Origin: Desulfobulbales bacterium
Lineage (GTDB): Bacteria > Desulfobacterota > Desulfobulbia > Desulfobulbales > Desulfobulbaceae
Reading direction: 5' to 3'
Length of the DNA: 64,000 nt
Assembly (NCBI GenBank): GCA_038205495.1
Contig: JBBRBT010000003.1
Span: forward strand, 26,787-90,786
Of the stretch, positions 18,897 to 29,319 are shown one piece after another. How positions within the stretch are numbered: position 1 is the stretch's first letter; every line of letters starts with the position of its first letter. The notes under the pieces were generated by a model that was given only the letters and a program-made list of their open reading frames with translations, made no database searches and was not told the DNA's origin. Both the position numbers and the translations under genes were made by a program.

Positions 18897-20501
18897 TCAG
18901 TAGTCCGGACGGTACAGTTCGAATTTTTTCATCCGGTACCCCATCTGCCGCTGGGTCAGCCCCAGTTCGCGGGCGGCCCGGGATTGCACCCAGCCGTTAC
19001 GGACCAGGGCCGACTCTACCTGCTCCCGCTCCAAATCCTTGAGCGATTTCCGCGCTCCCGGCAAAGGAGCGGCGGGCAGAAGCAAGGGCAGGATCGTTTC
19101 CATGGCTGGCGGGATCTGCCCGGACTCGGGATTGACCATGTATTCCGGTAGGTCCTCAACCCGCAGCACCTCGCTGTTGGCGAGGATTACCATCCGCTCC
19201 ACCAGATTCTGCAGTTCGCGCACATTCCCCGGCCAGTCATAATTGGTTAGAAAATCGAGAAATTCACGCGACATCCGCAGGTTCTTCTCATTGCGTTTGT
19301 TGCTGGCGCGCAGAAAATGATCCAATAAAATCGGGATGTCGTCACGCCGTTTCCGCAGGGGCGGCAGGTTGATAGGGACAACGTTGAGGCGGTAATACAG
19401 ATCGTTGCGAAAATTCCCCAAGGTGACGGCTCGATCCAGGCTGACATTGGTTGCCGCGATAATCCGCACATCGACCGTCTGCGTTCGGGAAGCCCCCAAC
19501 CGCTCAAACTGCTGCTCCTGCAGGACCCGCAATAATTTAGACTGCAGCAGCAGAGGTAGTTCTCCAATTTCATCGAGGAAAATAGTGCCGCGGTCCGCCT
19601 GCTCGAAACGACCGACCCGCGTCACCACGGCCCCGGTAAAGGCGCCTTTTTCATGGCCGAACAACTCACTCTCCAGCAGGTTTTCCGGAAGAGCAGCACA
19701 ATTTACCTTAATAAAAGATTCATTTTTGCGAAGACTGGCATCATGCACCGCGCGGGCGACAAGTTCCTTGCCGGTCCCCGATTCGCCAAGCAGAAGAACG
19801 GTGGCGGTGGAAGGGGCCACCCGCTCGATGCTCCAATATACCTCCTGCATGGCCTTGGACTGACCGATGATCTGATGTCGATGATAGCGGCCGTGCAGTT
19901 TTTCCTTAAGACTGAGATTTTCCTGAACCAACTGCTCGCGGTCTTGGCGTATCGCCCGGTTCAGGCTGAGAAACTGGGCGATCAAGGTGGCAAGAACGGT
20001 CAGAAAGCGCACATCCTCCTCAAACGAGACCTCCGATCCGAACAACCGGTCCACACTCAAGACGCCAACCGTTGCCCCAGAAAGGAGGACCGGCACACCA
20101 ATGAACGAGATGGTCTTTTTTGAGATTTTATTCCGGGCCCCGGTGCGATTGAGAAAAAGGGGCTCACTGTGTACATCGGGGACCACAAAGGGCGAACCGG
20201 TGCTGAACACCTGACCGTAGATGCCCTCGTCAAGTCCATATATACCCCGCTGTTCTTCGGTTACACTAAGGCCATAGGAGGCTCGGATGGTGAGATGACG
20301 GCCGGATTCATCAAGCAACGCCAGGGTGGCCCGCTCCATGCGCAGGGTGTCGTGCAACACCTTAAGCATGGACGACAGTGCCGTATCCAAATGGACGGCA
20401 GTACTGATCAAATTCACGATGTTATAGAGGGCCTGCACCTCAAGTGCCGCCGTCAAGGCGGTATCGGTGGAAACACTGTGCATCCTTTCATTCCCTTTCA
20501 T
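18897..20501 (-). CDS. nifA: NifA-type sigma54 activator (GAF-AAA+-HTH)
   Basis: GAF domain, [31 protein letters not shown], and NifA-type HTH '[23 protein letters not shown]'. Start could be 20483. Confidence 0.75.
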   Translation of the reverse strand: MKGNERMHSVSTDTALTAALEVQALYNIVNLISTAVHLDTALSSMLKVLHDTLRMERATLALLDESGRHLTIRASYGLSVTEEQRGIYGLDEGIYGQVFSTGSPFVVPDVHSEPLFLNRTGARNKISKKTISFIGVPVLLSGATVGVLSVDRLFGSEVSFEEDVRFLTVLATLIAQFLSLNRAIRQDREQLVQENLSLKEKLHGRYHRHQIIGQSKAMQEVYWSIERVAPSTATVLLLGESGTGKELVARAVHDASLRKNESFIKVNCAALPENLLESELFGHEKGAFTGAVVTRVGRFEQADRGTIFLDEIGELPLLLQSKLLRVLQEQQFERLGASRTQTVDVRIIAATNVSLDRAVTLGNFRNDLYYRLNVVPINLPPLRKRRDDIPILLDHFLRASNKRNEKNLRMSREFLDFLTNYDWPGNVRELQNLVERMVILANSEVLRVEDLPEYMVNPESGQIPPAMETILPLLLPAAPLPGARKSLKDLEREQVESALVRNGWVQSRAARELGLTQRQMGYRMKKFELYRPDY

Positions 20502-21018
20502 GTTCACCCTATCTGTTTCTCTTAAGAATTAGTACGTAGCTAGAGCTTCATATGCAAAAATAACTCCCAATTGACAAATTGATTGCGATGGCAGGCACAA
20601 TCGTCCGGAGCCCCTGGTTCCCGTGGGAAAAATTTCTCAGCTGGCAGCCCGCACTCGTCTACCCTGCGGTAGGCCCGCACAATGTTGTTCAAATTTGTTA
20701 GCTACCGCTCTGTATTGTTACATAAATGAAGTGAACGACAACACCCCCTATCCTCGTGCCAACCCAGACTTCTTGACCTCAACAATTCGTATCGGCCGAG
20801 ATCAGGCGGTCCGAAAAAGAGCCTGGAGCTTTGGTGCGGCGTATCGCCCGTGCCGAGAGGGATGAACGCCCCGAGATAGTTCATGACAACAGCAAGAGCA
20901 TCGAGTACACCGGAACGCGGTGATTGGAGAGGGGATGTCGGGTGCGATTTTGATTGACCTGCCCCCTTTTGATGGCATTACATGAAAACCCATTGATACG
21001 GTTCGCCCTTAACAAACT

Positions 21019-21657
21019 ATGACAAACACACAGGATCAAAAGAGCACGCTTCCGGGAAACACAGCGACACATTCCAGAATCAGCAAGGAGGATATCAACC
21101 TCCTGCCCATCGGACGCTGGGAAGGACCGACCTATTTGGTACGAACAATCGAAGAGGTGCAGGCAGCTACGGCCCGTCTATCGCTGACGCCGTTGCTGGG
21201 ATTTGATACGGAAACACGGCCCGCCTTCAAAAAAGGACAAAAATTTTCCCCAAGCCTCCTCCAACTGGCAACCCATGAGGAGGTGTTCCTCTTCCAACTG
21301 CAACACACCGCATTGCCGGAACCGCTCTTGGCCATCCTTGCCAATCCGGCCATTGTCAAAACCGGGGTTTCCTTGGATTTCGACCTGCTGAGTTTGCAAG
21401 AAGTACAACCCTTCCAACCACAAGGGTTTATCGATCTGGCCGGAATCGCCCGGTGCCAGGGGATTAAAAATCACGGACTCAGAGGACTGGCGGCCGTGGT
21501 TTGCGGTATCCGTATCTCCAAATCGGCACGAACGACCAACTGGGCCAATCACCATCTCACCCCGCAACAGATTCAGTATGCCGCCACCGATGCCTGGATT
21601 GGCAGGGAAATCTATCGGCAACTGGAGGCTCTCTCCTCCGGGTCGCCCCAAGCCTGA
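21019..21657 (+). CDS. 3'-5' exonuclease (RNase D/WRN-like DEDDy)
   Basis: GFDTETRP, LLQLA, FIDL, SKS..TNW and YAATDA motifs. Confidence 0.88.
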   Translation: MTNTQDQKSTLPGNTATHSRISKEDINLLPIGRWEGPTYLVRTIEEVQAATARLSLTPLLGFDTETRPAFKKGQKFSPSLLQLATHEEVFLFQLQHTALPEPLLAILANPAIVKTGVSLDFDLLSLQEVQPFQPQGFIDLAGIARCQGIKNHGLRGLAAVVCGIRISKSARTTNWANHHLTPQQIQYAATDAWIGREIYRQLEALSSGSPQA

Positions 21658-21680
21658 ACGATGCAACCGGCGCCTCTCCT

Positions 21681-22220
21681 TCAAAGATTTGGGGGCTGCG
21701 AACAAGAATTGGTCACCCGCCGACAATAATAGCGATAATAGCCCACCAGATTACTGCCGATGAACAGTACTTCCATGAGCACGGCTGCGGGCGTGCCCGC
21801 CAGGCAGTTATGCACCAACCAAAGACTGGTGGCGATGAGCATGACTTGCCGCAACCGTTTGTCCTCCCGGCAGAATGAACCCATGGTGCCGAAAATAGAA
21901 CCAAAGCAACTGAGGATGCTCAACACCCCATGAAAGGTGAACACAGCAACAAGGATTGCGGTGCAGATAAAGAGCACCATCATTTTTTTCGAGGTGGTGA
22001 AAAAGCTGGTGATAAAACGCAGGGCGGCCAGCAATCCCAGACCTGCAGCGGTCCAGTGGCCGAGAAGTGCAAAGTGGCTGGCGATCAACAGGCAGGAGAC
22101 GATCAGACAGGCAATGATCCGTCGTCGCTCTTTGAACTGAAAAGAAAGGAGGTCAAAACAGATGGCCACACCAGCCAGCAGTTGGGAAACATAGAAAGGA
22201 GGCAGATCCCCGTGCATCAT
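21681..22220 (-). CDS. YgjV-family inner membrane protein
   Basis: 'SQLLAGVAICFDLLSFQFK..HFALLG..WLVHN..GTP' multi-TM pattern. GGAG RBS before ATG 22220. Confidence 0.75.
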   Translation of the reverse strand: MMHGDLPPFYVSQLLAGVAICFDLLSFQFKERRRIIACLIVSCLLIASHFALLGHWTAAGLGLLAALRFITSFFTTSKKMMVLFICTAILVAVFTFHGVLSILSCFGSIFGTMGSFCREDKRLRQVMLIATSLWLVHNCLAGTPAAVLMEVLFIGSNLVGYYRYYCRRVTNSCSQPPNL

Positions 22221-22308
22221 CAATGCTCCGTATGGGCCTGCCTGGTTTTTCCGTACCGGTGCGGCAGACGCCGGGTTTTTGCCCGGACGAAAGAAAGCGA
22301 CCGAGCAA

Positions 22309-23349
22309 TTACCCCGTCGACGGCCCCGCTTCTTCCTCCCCCATGGCAGCAACTCCGTAGGCTGCGGCCCCGAGCAGGGCGGTGAGCGGGTTACGGATGA
22401 TATGGATCGGAATGCGGGATAACCAATCTTGGTAGGCCCCACGGACAAAGATCGACATAAATCGTTCCGGATCGAGGAACGGTAAAAGTCTTGGCGTGAG
22501 GCCGCCGCCCAAAAAAAGGCCCCCGAGCGACAGGGTTTTGAGGGCGAGATTGGCCGCTTCATCGGCGAGGATATCGACAAAGAGCTGCAGCGTCCGAACA
22601 GCAATGTCGCAAGGTCGCCCCCCTTGCACTGCCCGCAGTGCGGCCTGGACAATCACCGGTGTTCGATCAGAGGCCTGCTCTAGTTCGCCCAGGAGCCATA
22701 CCGGTACCGCATATTGGGTCGACATGAAGGCGAACAGCCGGGGAATGGCCAAGCCGGAACAGACCTGCTCCACCGAGACGTGAGTATGCTTTTGCAACAT
22801 AAAAGCCAGCAGCGCGAGTTGCTCTTCATTTCTGGGAGCAAAACTTGCGTGCCCCCCCTCGGAAGGGAAAGGATGGTAAGCACCGTTGTGCTGCACCAAA
22901 AAGGCCTCCCCCAAACCACTTCCCGGAGCAAGGACCGCCATCACTCCTCCAACCACGGTCGCCCCGGGATTGAGGGCGGCCAGGTCGGTTGCGGGCAGAT
23001 GGATTGCCCCCATGGCGGTAGCCACCAGATCGTTGAGCAAATGTACCTGCAGAAAACCGTGACGTGCTTTTAATTCCTCCCCATCGAGGGACCAGTTGAG
23101 ATTCGTCATTTTGACCGAATTCGCCACCACGGGACCAGCGACACCAAAACATGCCTGCATCGGGGCCGACGAACGGGGATCGAGATACTGGTACAGAAGG
23201 GCATCAAAGCTTGGGAAAAGGGAGTTTTGGAAGGTGTGTTGCTGCAACGGTACCGCCCCCCCATGCCATCCGGCGACCTCATACAGCGCCAGAGTTGTCT
23301 TGGTAGCGCCGATATCACCAGCAAGCAGGGAGCAGTTGTTGGTTTTCAT
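22309..23349 (-). CDS. glk: Glucokinase
   Basis: LAGDIGATK, GVAGPV, MTNL, LND, PGSGLG, SEGGH and EQVCSG motifs. Confidence 0.9.
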   Translation of the reverse strand: MKTNNCSLLAGDIGATKTTLALYEVAGWHGGAVPLQQHTFQNSLFPSFDALLYQYLDPRSSAPMQACFGVAGPVVANSVKMTNLNWSLDGEELKARHGFLQVHLLNDLVATAMGAIHLPATDLAALNPGATVVGGVMAVLAPGSGLGEAFLVQHNGAYHPFPSEGGHASFAPRNEEQLALLAFMLQKHTHVSVEQVCSGLAIPRLFAFMSTQYAVPVWLLGELEQASDRTPVIVQAALRAVQGGRPCDIAVRTLQLFVDILADEAANLALKTLSLGGLFLGGGLTPRLLPFLDPERFMSIFVRGAYQDWLSRIPIHIIRNPLTALLGAAAYGVAAMGEEEAGPSTG

Positions 23350-23508
23350 GGCGTAGAGCGATTGCATTTGTGCAATGCGATGATTGCCCAGGGTGCAGGG
23401 CATTGCCGCGCCATGGTGGTTGTTGCCGCGTTCATTGAGCGAGTACCCTCAAGTGCGAGACTGGGTCGGACCCAGAGTTAGCAGTCATGACAAGAAACCA
23501 AATCATCC

Positions 23509-23548
23509 AAAAAATCAGCCTTATAGGAGTGATCGCTGATTCTTTTTC
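23509..23548 (-). terminator. Putative terminator downstream of the NYN gene
   Basis: aaaaaatcagc...gctgattcttttt inverted repeat. Confidence 0.45.
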
Positions 23549-23582
23549 CACGCAGTGGGCCGCTACGGCTCCTGGACCGTTG

Positions 23583-24362
23583 TTACCCTTCCTTGAGGAG
23601 TCGGATATCCCAGGCCTCGGAGCGGTTATTGTTGGCCGAGTTTTCCACTACCCGAAATTCAAAGATCCGATGCGGCTCTTGAAAGTAATGATCAGTGGTA
23701 AGGGTTGATTTTGACAGATGAAAGAAAACCGTTTCCGAATGCAGCACATTTTCCTGCAACCGATAATAGCGAAAAAAACCAAAACCCCGGTCCTGATTAA
23801 AATTAGCAACGGTCCCACGCTGCCACTGGTCACTGCTGTCGCCCGAATTGCTGCCCGTTATCGGTAGCAGGCCCGGCACCAGAAAACCGGAGATATACGA
23901 ATCGGCCACCTCGCGTAATTCTTTGCTCACATTGTGAAAGCCGATGACTTCCACCCGGCAGCCCATGTTCTGCAGGGCGATGATCAACCGGAGGAAGTCA
24001 CCGTCACCGGTGAGCAGGATTATGCGGTCAAGATTCCTGGCCTGCAAAAGAGCATCAATCGCCAAATCCATATCGGCGTTGGCCTTGGTGGTTATGTTGC
24101 CATCTTCATCCTTAAAGCGGCGAACATACTTTTTAATAATCTTGAAACCACACTGCCGCAGGATATTGTGGTAGGAATAGACCTTCTGCCGGTAGTCCAG
24201 ATCCCGCTGGGTACGTTCATGGTCCTCGGCGAGATAGCAGTTCGCCCGCAGCATGACCGAGTTGGCATTATTGGCCAAGCCAACAAGTACATCGTAGCGC
24301 ATGCCGTAGCCGCCGCACATCTTTATGTTTTCCGCATCTACATAAATTGCTGTTTTTAACAT
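23583..24362 (-). CDS. NYN (LabA/DUF88, PIN-like) domain protein with C-terminal cold-shock-like OB domain
   Basis: YVDAEN, K..ADMDLAID and TGDGDF NYN motifs, plus 'GTVANFNQDRGFGF..FFH' CSD-like tail. Confidence 0.85.
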   Translation of the reverse strand: MLKTAIYVDAENIKMCGGYGMRYDVLVGLANNANSVMLRANCYLAEDHERTQRDLDYRQKVYSYHNILRQCGFKIIKKYVRRFKDEDGNITTKANADMDLAIDALLQARNLDRIILLTGDGDFLRLIIALQNMGCRVEVIGFHNVSKELREVADSYISGFLVPGLLPITGSNSGDSSDQWQRGTVANFNQDRGFGFFRYYRLQENVLHSETVFFHLSKSTLTTDHYFQEPHRIFEFRVVENSANNNRSEAWDIRLLKEG

Positions 24363-24419
24363 CGAAAAAACCTTATCGCTGGTTTTATCATGGTGCGTTA
24401 TTCGGTTTCACTCCCCCGG

Positions 24420-25970
24420 TCATTCCCACTCGATGGTGGACGGCGGTTTGGAGGAAATATCATACACCACCCGGTTGACCCCGCGTACCTCGTTGATGAT
24501 CCGGTTAGAGATCCGGCCCAGGATCTCGTAGGGCAGTCGCGACCAGTCAGCGGTCATGGCATCTTTACTGTCCACCGCCCGCAGGGCGATGACATGTTCG
24601 TAGGTTCGGCCGTCACCCATAACCCCGACGGTCTGGATCGGCAGCAGTACGGCAAAGGATTGCCAGACCTTACGGTACCAGCCGGCATCCTTCATTTCTT
24701 CAAGAACAATCACATCAGCTTGACGGACAATCCTGAGACGTTCTGCAGTGACCTCACCCATGATACGGATGCCCAGACCGGGGCCGGGAAAGGGTTGGCG
24801 AAAAATGGCCTCTTCCGGCAGCCCCAGTTCGAGCCCCAACTCACGAACCTCGTCTTTAAAAAGCTCACGCAAGGGTTCAATCAAATCCAGCTGCATCCGC
24901 TCGGGCAGTCCACCGACATTGTGATGGGATTTAATCGGCGCCTTACCGCGAAAGACCACGGATTCAATGACATCAGGGTACAGAGTCCCCTGGGCCAGAT
25001 AACGGACGGCACCCAGTTTTCGCGCCTCTTCCTCGAAAATTTCGATGAACCCATAACCGATGCGTTTACGTTTTTCTTCGGGATCAGCAATTCCCTCCAA
25101 GGCCTTGAGGAAAAAATCAGCGGCGTTGACATCAATAACAGCAAGGTGGGTTTTTTCGCGAAAAAAACGCAGTACGCTTTCCGATTCGCCAGTCCGCATC
25201 AAACCGTTATTGACATAGATGCAGGTTAGCTGGTCGCCGATGGCCCGATGGACCAGGGCTGCGACCACCGAAGAGTCGACTCCGCCGCTCAGAGCGCAGA
25301 TCACCTTATCCGTTCCGACTTTGGCGCGAATATCCGCCACCGTGGTATCGATGAAAGAATGCATGGTCCAAGCCGGATTGCAGCCGCAAAGACCGAAGAT
25401 GAAGTTACGAAGAATATCAGTGCCGATCAGGGTATGGGCGACCTCCGGGTGAAACTGGACGGCGACAAAGGGTTTTTCCCTGTGGCGCAGGGCCGCATAG
25501 GGAGAATGGGCGCTGGTGGCGGTAACCACAAATCCGGGAGCCAATTCCTCGATACGATCTCCATGGCTCATCCAGACCTGATAATGGGAGGGTGCGGTCT
25601 CCATGCCGGCAAACAGACCGCCGGTATATTCGATGTGGAGCTGAGCCTTACCGAATTCCCTTTTCTCGGCCTTTTCCACCCGGCCGCCCTGCTGCACCAT
25701 CATCAACTGGGCACCATAACAGATACCGAGGATAGGGACGCCAAGAGCAAAAATGCCGGGATCGCTGATTGGCGCGTCCGCATCGTAAACACTGGCCGGG
25801 CCGCCGGAAAGAATGATACCGGTGGGTTGCATAGCCTTGAGCTTGGCCAAGTCAAGGGTGTAGGGATGGATCTCACTGTACACCTTCTGCTCACGGATGC
25901 GGCGGGCGATCAATTGGGTGGTTTGCGAGCCAAAATCTAGGATGATAATTTTTTGGGTATGGATGGACAT
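24420..25970 (-). CDS. guaA: GMP synthase (glutamine-hydrolysing)
   Basis: [31 protein letters not shown] and KPPSTIEWE motifs. Confidence 0.97.
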   Translation of the reverse strand: MSIHTQKIIILDFGSQTTQLIARRIREQKVYSEIHPYTLDLAKLKAMQPTGIILSGGPASVYDADAPISDPGIFALGVPILGICYGAQLMMVQQGGRVEKAEKREFGKAQLHIEYTGGLFAGMETAPSHYQVWMSHGDRIEELAPGFVVTATSAHSPYAALRHREKPFVAVQFHPEVAHTLIGTDILRNFIFGLCGCNPAWTMHSFIDTTVADIRAKVGTDKVICALSGGVDSSVVAALVHRAIGDQLTCIYVNNGLMRTGESESVLRFFREKTHLAVIDVNAADFFLKALEGIADPEEKRKRIGYGFIEIFEEEARKLGAVRYLAQGTLYPDVIESVVFRGKAPIKSHHNVGGLPERMQLDLIEPLRELFKDEVRELGLELGLPEEAIFRQPFPGPGLGIRIMGEVTAERLRIVRQADVIVLEEMKDAGWYRKVWQSFAVLLPIQTVGVMGDGRTYEHVIALRAVDSKDAMTADWSRLPYEILGRISNRIINEVRGVNRVVYDISSKPPSTIEWE

Positions 25971-26016
25971 GGGCGGCCTATGCATGCATGGGTGATAGGG
26001 GGGACGAAAGTTACAG

Positions 26017-27480
26017 TTACAGGCTCTCGGTCCGGTAGTTAGGGGCCTCGCGGGTGATGATAACATCGTGCACATGGGACTCGCGGAGACCGGCAGTGGA
26101 TATTTGGACAAACTGGGCCTTTTGATGCAGTTCCTCAATGGTGGCCGCCCCGGTGTAGCCCATGCCGGAACGCAGACCGCCCATCAACTGGTAGATCATT
26201 TCCGAAATGGGACCACGGTAAGGCACCTTGCCTTCAATACCCTCCGGCACCAGCTTGCTGGCTTCGCTGTCCTGAAAGTACCGGTCGCTGGATCCCTGCT
26301 TCATAGCGCCGATCGATCCCATACCGCGATAGCCTTTATATTTCCGGCCTTGGTAGAGGAAGGTATCGCCGGGGGTCTCATCGGTACCGGCAAAGAGCGA
26401 ACCGATCATCACCGAATGCGCCCCAATGCCGATGGCCTTGCAGATGTCGCCGGAAAACTTGATACCGCCGTCGGCAATCACCGGGATGCCATGCTTGGAG
26501 GCCGCTTCGATGCAATTTTTCAAAGCCGTGAGCTGGGGCACGCCAACGCCGGCGACGATCCGGGTGGTGCAGATTGATCCAGGGCCGACCCCGACCTTGA
26601 CCGCATTGGCACCCGCCTTAATCAGCGCTTCGGCCGCCTCTCCGGTGGCAATGTTGCCAGCGATCACCTGTAAATCAGGAAAATGGGCCTTGACCTCCTG
26701 GATAGCACGGAGGATGCCTGCGGAGTGACCATGGGCGGAATCGAGTACGACCACATCCACCTTGGCTCTGACCAGGGCCTCGGTCCGTTCCAGCATTTCC
26801 GGGCCGACACCAATGGCCGCGCCTGCCAGAAGCCGTCCCATCCCATCCTTGGCCGCATTGGGATACTGCTTAATTTTTTCGATATCCTTGATGGTGATCA
26901 ACCCTTTGAGGCGGCCGTTTTCATCAACCACCAGAAGTTTTTCGATCCGATGCTCATGGAGGAGGGCCTTGGAGTGCGGCAGGTCGATACCCACCGGAGC
27001 GGTAACCAGATTCTTGCTGGTCATGACATCGTTTACCCGGAGGCCGTCGTCGGACACGAAACGAAGGTCGCGGTTGGTGACGATGCCCACCAGTTTGTCG
27101 CCGTCGAGCACAGGCAGACCTGAAATCCGGTAATTACGCATGATCGCCTGCACTTCTGCCACACTCTGGTTGCGCGAAACGGTGATCGGATCGACGATCA
27201 TGCCCGACTCGGACTTTTTTACCCTTTCCACTTCCTTGGCCTGGCTTTCGATGCTCATATTTTTATGAATAATGCCAATACCGCCTTCCCTCGCCATGGC
27301 AATGGCAGTCTGGTGTTCGGTGACCGTATCCATAGCGGCGCTGATTAACGGAGCCTGCAGGTCAATGGTATTGGTGAGGCGGGTTTTCAATGACACCTCC
27401 GACGGTAGAACCGAGGAAGGCCCCGGAACCAGAAGGACATCGTCAAAGGTGAGTGCCAGAGGTATATCTTGATGAAACAT
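26017..27480 (-). CDS. guaB: IMP dehydrogenase
   Basis: [20 protein letters not shown] pair, [15 protein letters not shown] and ESHVHDV motifs. AAGGAG RBS before ATG 27480. Confidence 0.97.
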   Translation of the reverse strand: MFHQDIPLALTFDDVLLVPGPSSVLPSEVSLKTRLTNTIDLQAPLISAAMDTVTEHQTAIAMAREGGIGIIHKNMSIESQAKEVERVKKSESGMIVDPITVSRNQSVAEVQAIMRNYRISGLPVLDGDKLVGIVTNRDLRFVSDDGLRVNDVMTSKNLVTAPVGIDLPHSKALLHEHRIEKLLVVDENGRLKGLITIKDIEKIKQYPNAAKDGMGRLLAGAAIGVGPEMLERTEALVRAKVDVVVLDSAHGHSAGILRAIQEVKAHFPDLQVIAGNIATGEAAEALIKAGANAVKVGVGPGSICTTRIVAGVGVPQLTALKNCIEAASKHGIPVIADGGIKFSGDICKAIGIGAHSVMIGSLFAGTDETPGDTFLYQGRKYKGYRGMGSIGAMKQGSSDRYFQDSEASKLVPEGIEGKVPYRGPISEMIYQLMGGLRSGMGYTGAATIEELHQKAQFVQISTAGLRESHVHDVIITREAPNYRTESL

Positions 27481-27504
27481 ATGGTCTCCTTGTCTGCTGG
27501 AGGA

Positions 27505-27750
27505 AAAACGGAAATGCTGCGGTTCCCGCAAGCCATCCCGTTCTACGAATCTGCTATGTCTATGAGTGCAAAAAGCGGCCCCCAATGCCCAAAAACATAG
27601 TTTGCGGGGGTGGTACTTCTGTCGCTATCCCGCACCGAGAATGTACTCTCGGCGCGGTGTCGACAACTGCTGCCTTGCCGAAGCGAAACAGGCCGGGCCT
27701 CAGCCAGGTCTATGCAAAAGTACCGGGCCGAAGCCCGACCTGTTGTCATT
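27505..27750 (-). ncRNA. Candidate structured cis-regulatory RNA in the guaB leader
   Basis: Nested stems, two cUUCGg tetraloops, G-U pairs that only work on the minus strand, possible pseudoknot, hairpin plus U5 just before the RBS. Confidence 0.5.
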
Positions 27751-28106
27751 CTCTTCTTTATCGCGGAATTGGGCTTGGTTACTAATAACGATGTAGAGTT
27801 TAGCATGTTCTTGATTAAAAAGAAATATGTGACCATGAAAAAAGCCCGTCCGAAATACATCTGACCATCTCCCTTGCTCCACTCACACTACCAGCACATG
27901 AGCATCAAGAGAAGACAAGAGCGTGCCCGGGGCTCACGCCTGCCGGTTCCCACAAAAACCGCTGGCTTTTCCCGATTGTTCCTGCTTAAATGATTGGTCG
28001 TGCTGCTTGCAAAGTAAAGGCCGTACCTTATGCGGTGAGTGGCCGACAAAACAAGGCGGGCTTGCCGCCTCAGCGCGATTCAATATTCACAACGTGCATC
28101 TTTCTT

Positions 28107-28727
28107 ATGGCAAAAATTTTGGAAATAAATCCCTATAATCCGCAACCACGCTTGATAGCCCAAGTTGTCGAGCTCTTGCAGAGGGGCGGCGTTATCTGCT
28201 ACCCGACGGATACCATGTACGGCATCGGGTGCGACATTTTTAACCAGAAAGCGGTAAAAAGGGTATACCAGATAAAAAGACGCCCCAAAGATAAGCCGTT
28301 CAGCTTCATGTGCGCATCCCTGACTAATATCAGCAATTTCGGGCATGTCGGCAACACTGCCTACCGGCTGATGCGGAAGAACTTGCCCGGCCCGTATACC
28401 TTCGTCCTTTCTGGGACCAAGGTTGTGCCGAAGATCATGCTGACTCGACAAAAAACCGTGGGCATCAGGGTGCCCAATCATCCTATCTGCTTGGCCATCA
28501 TCGAGGCACTGGGCAATCCGGTGCTCAACACCAGCGCCATGCTGGCTGAGGATGATCAGCCGGTTTGCAGCTGCCTCGATGTTGACAGCCTCTTTGGTAA
28601 ACAGGTGGATCTGATCATTGATGGCGGTGATATCGTTCCCCATCCTTCAACCGTTATTTCCCTGCTCACCGAACAACCGGAAATCCTCCGCGAAGGGAAA
28701 GGCGACATCCGTCCTTTTTTACCCTGA
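28107..28727 (+). CDS. Sua5/YciO/YrdC family protein (threonylcarbamoyl-AMP synthase-like, YciO type)
   Basis: YPTDTMYGIGC, IKRR, PGPYT, VGIRVP and PSTVI motifs. Confidence 0.88.
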   Translation: MAKILEINPYNPQPRLIAQVVELLQRGGVICYPTDTMYGIGCDIFNQKAVKRVYQIKRRPKDKPFSFMCASLTNISNFGHVGNTAYRLMRKNLPGPYTFVLSGTKVVPKIMLTRQKTVGIRVPNHPICLAIIEALGNPVLNTSAMLAEDDQPVCSCLDVDSLFGKQVDLIIDGGDIVPHPSTVISLLTEQPEILREGKGDIRPFLP

Positions 28728-28819
28728 TCGCCACCTCTGATGGTGGACAGCATTCCACGATCCGGTCATTTTCCTTTACCCCGCCGGGCACCTTTGCACC
28801 CCGCGGATTGCGACAAAAT

Positions 28820-28856
28820 AAAAAAGACCGAACCCATAACAGGTTCGGTCTTTTTT
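28820..28856. terminator. Bidirectional intrinsic terminator
   Basis: aaaaaagaccgaacc-cataaca-ggttcggtcttttt. Confidence 0.85.
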
Positions 28857-28877
28857 ATTGCACTAAAGTGTTTTTTG

Positions 28878-29165
28878 CTATTCTACTTCATCGATCAACA
28901 CTTCCTTCAACGATTTGCTCATCGTGAAATGAAGGGTTTTGCGGGCGGGAATATTCATCATTTTTCCTGTCTTCGGATTCTTCGTCGTGCGCGGTTTGCG
29001 CGTCCGCACTGAAAAACTACCAAACCCTCGTATCTCCACCCTTCTCTCTTCCGCAAGTGCCTGTGATATCTCTTCGAGAATGATTTCAACAGCCTGCGCT
29101 ATATCCTGTTTATAGTAATCGCCAAGCTGTTCGGAAACTTGATTGACCAATTCACGCTTAAGCAT
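28878..29165 (-). CDS. ihfB: Integration host factor subunit beta
   Basis: RVEIRGFGSF..NPKTG motif, located downstream of rpsA (conserved rpsA-ihfB order). Confidence 0.85.
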   Translation of the reverse strand: MLKRELVNQVSEQLGDYYKQDIAQAVEIILEEISQALAEERRVEIRGFGSFSVRTRKPRTTKNPKTGKMMNIPARKTLHFTMSKSLKEVLIDEVE

Positions 29166-29319
29166 GATAATTATCCTTTTTAACCGACCGCATCCGTGTC
29201 AAGCGGTTTGCAACCTCTTGGTGCGGGTATAATAGAAAGGGGCATTCTACCTGTCCCGTGCTGTTTTCAGGTCAGGTAGAATACCCGTTGGGTTCTTTCA
29301 ACAACAGGTTGGAGACGTC

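Noticed and set aside
20551-20570. Sigma54 promoter upstream of nifA (GG-N10-GC); also tggcacg near-matches at about 20755 and 36273
   Set aside because: Either the -24 or the -12 element is poor in each case, so they are not supportable.
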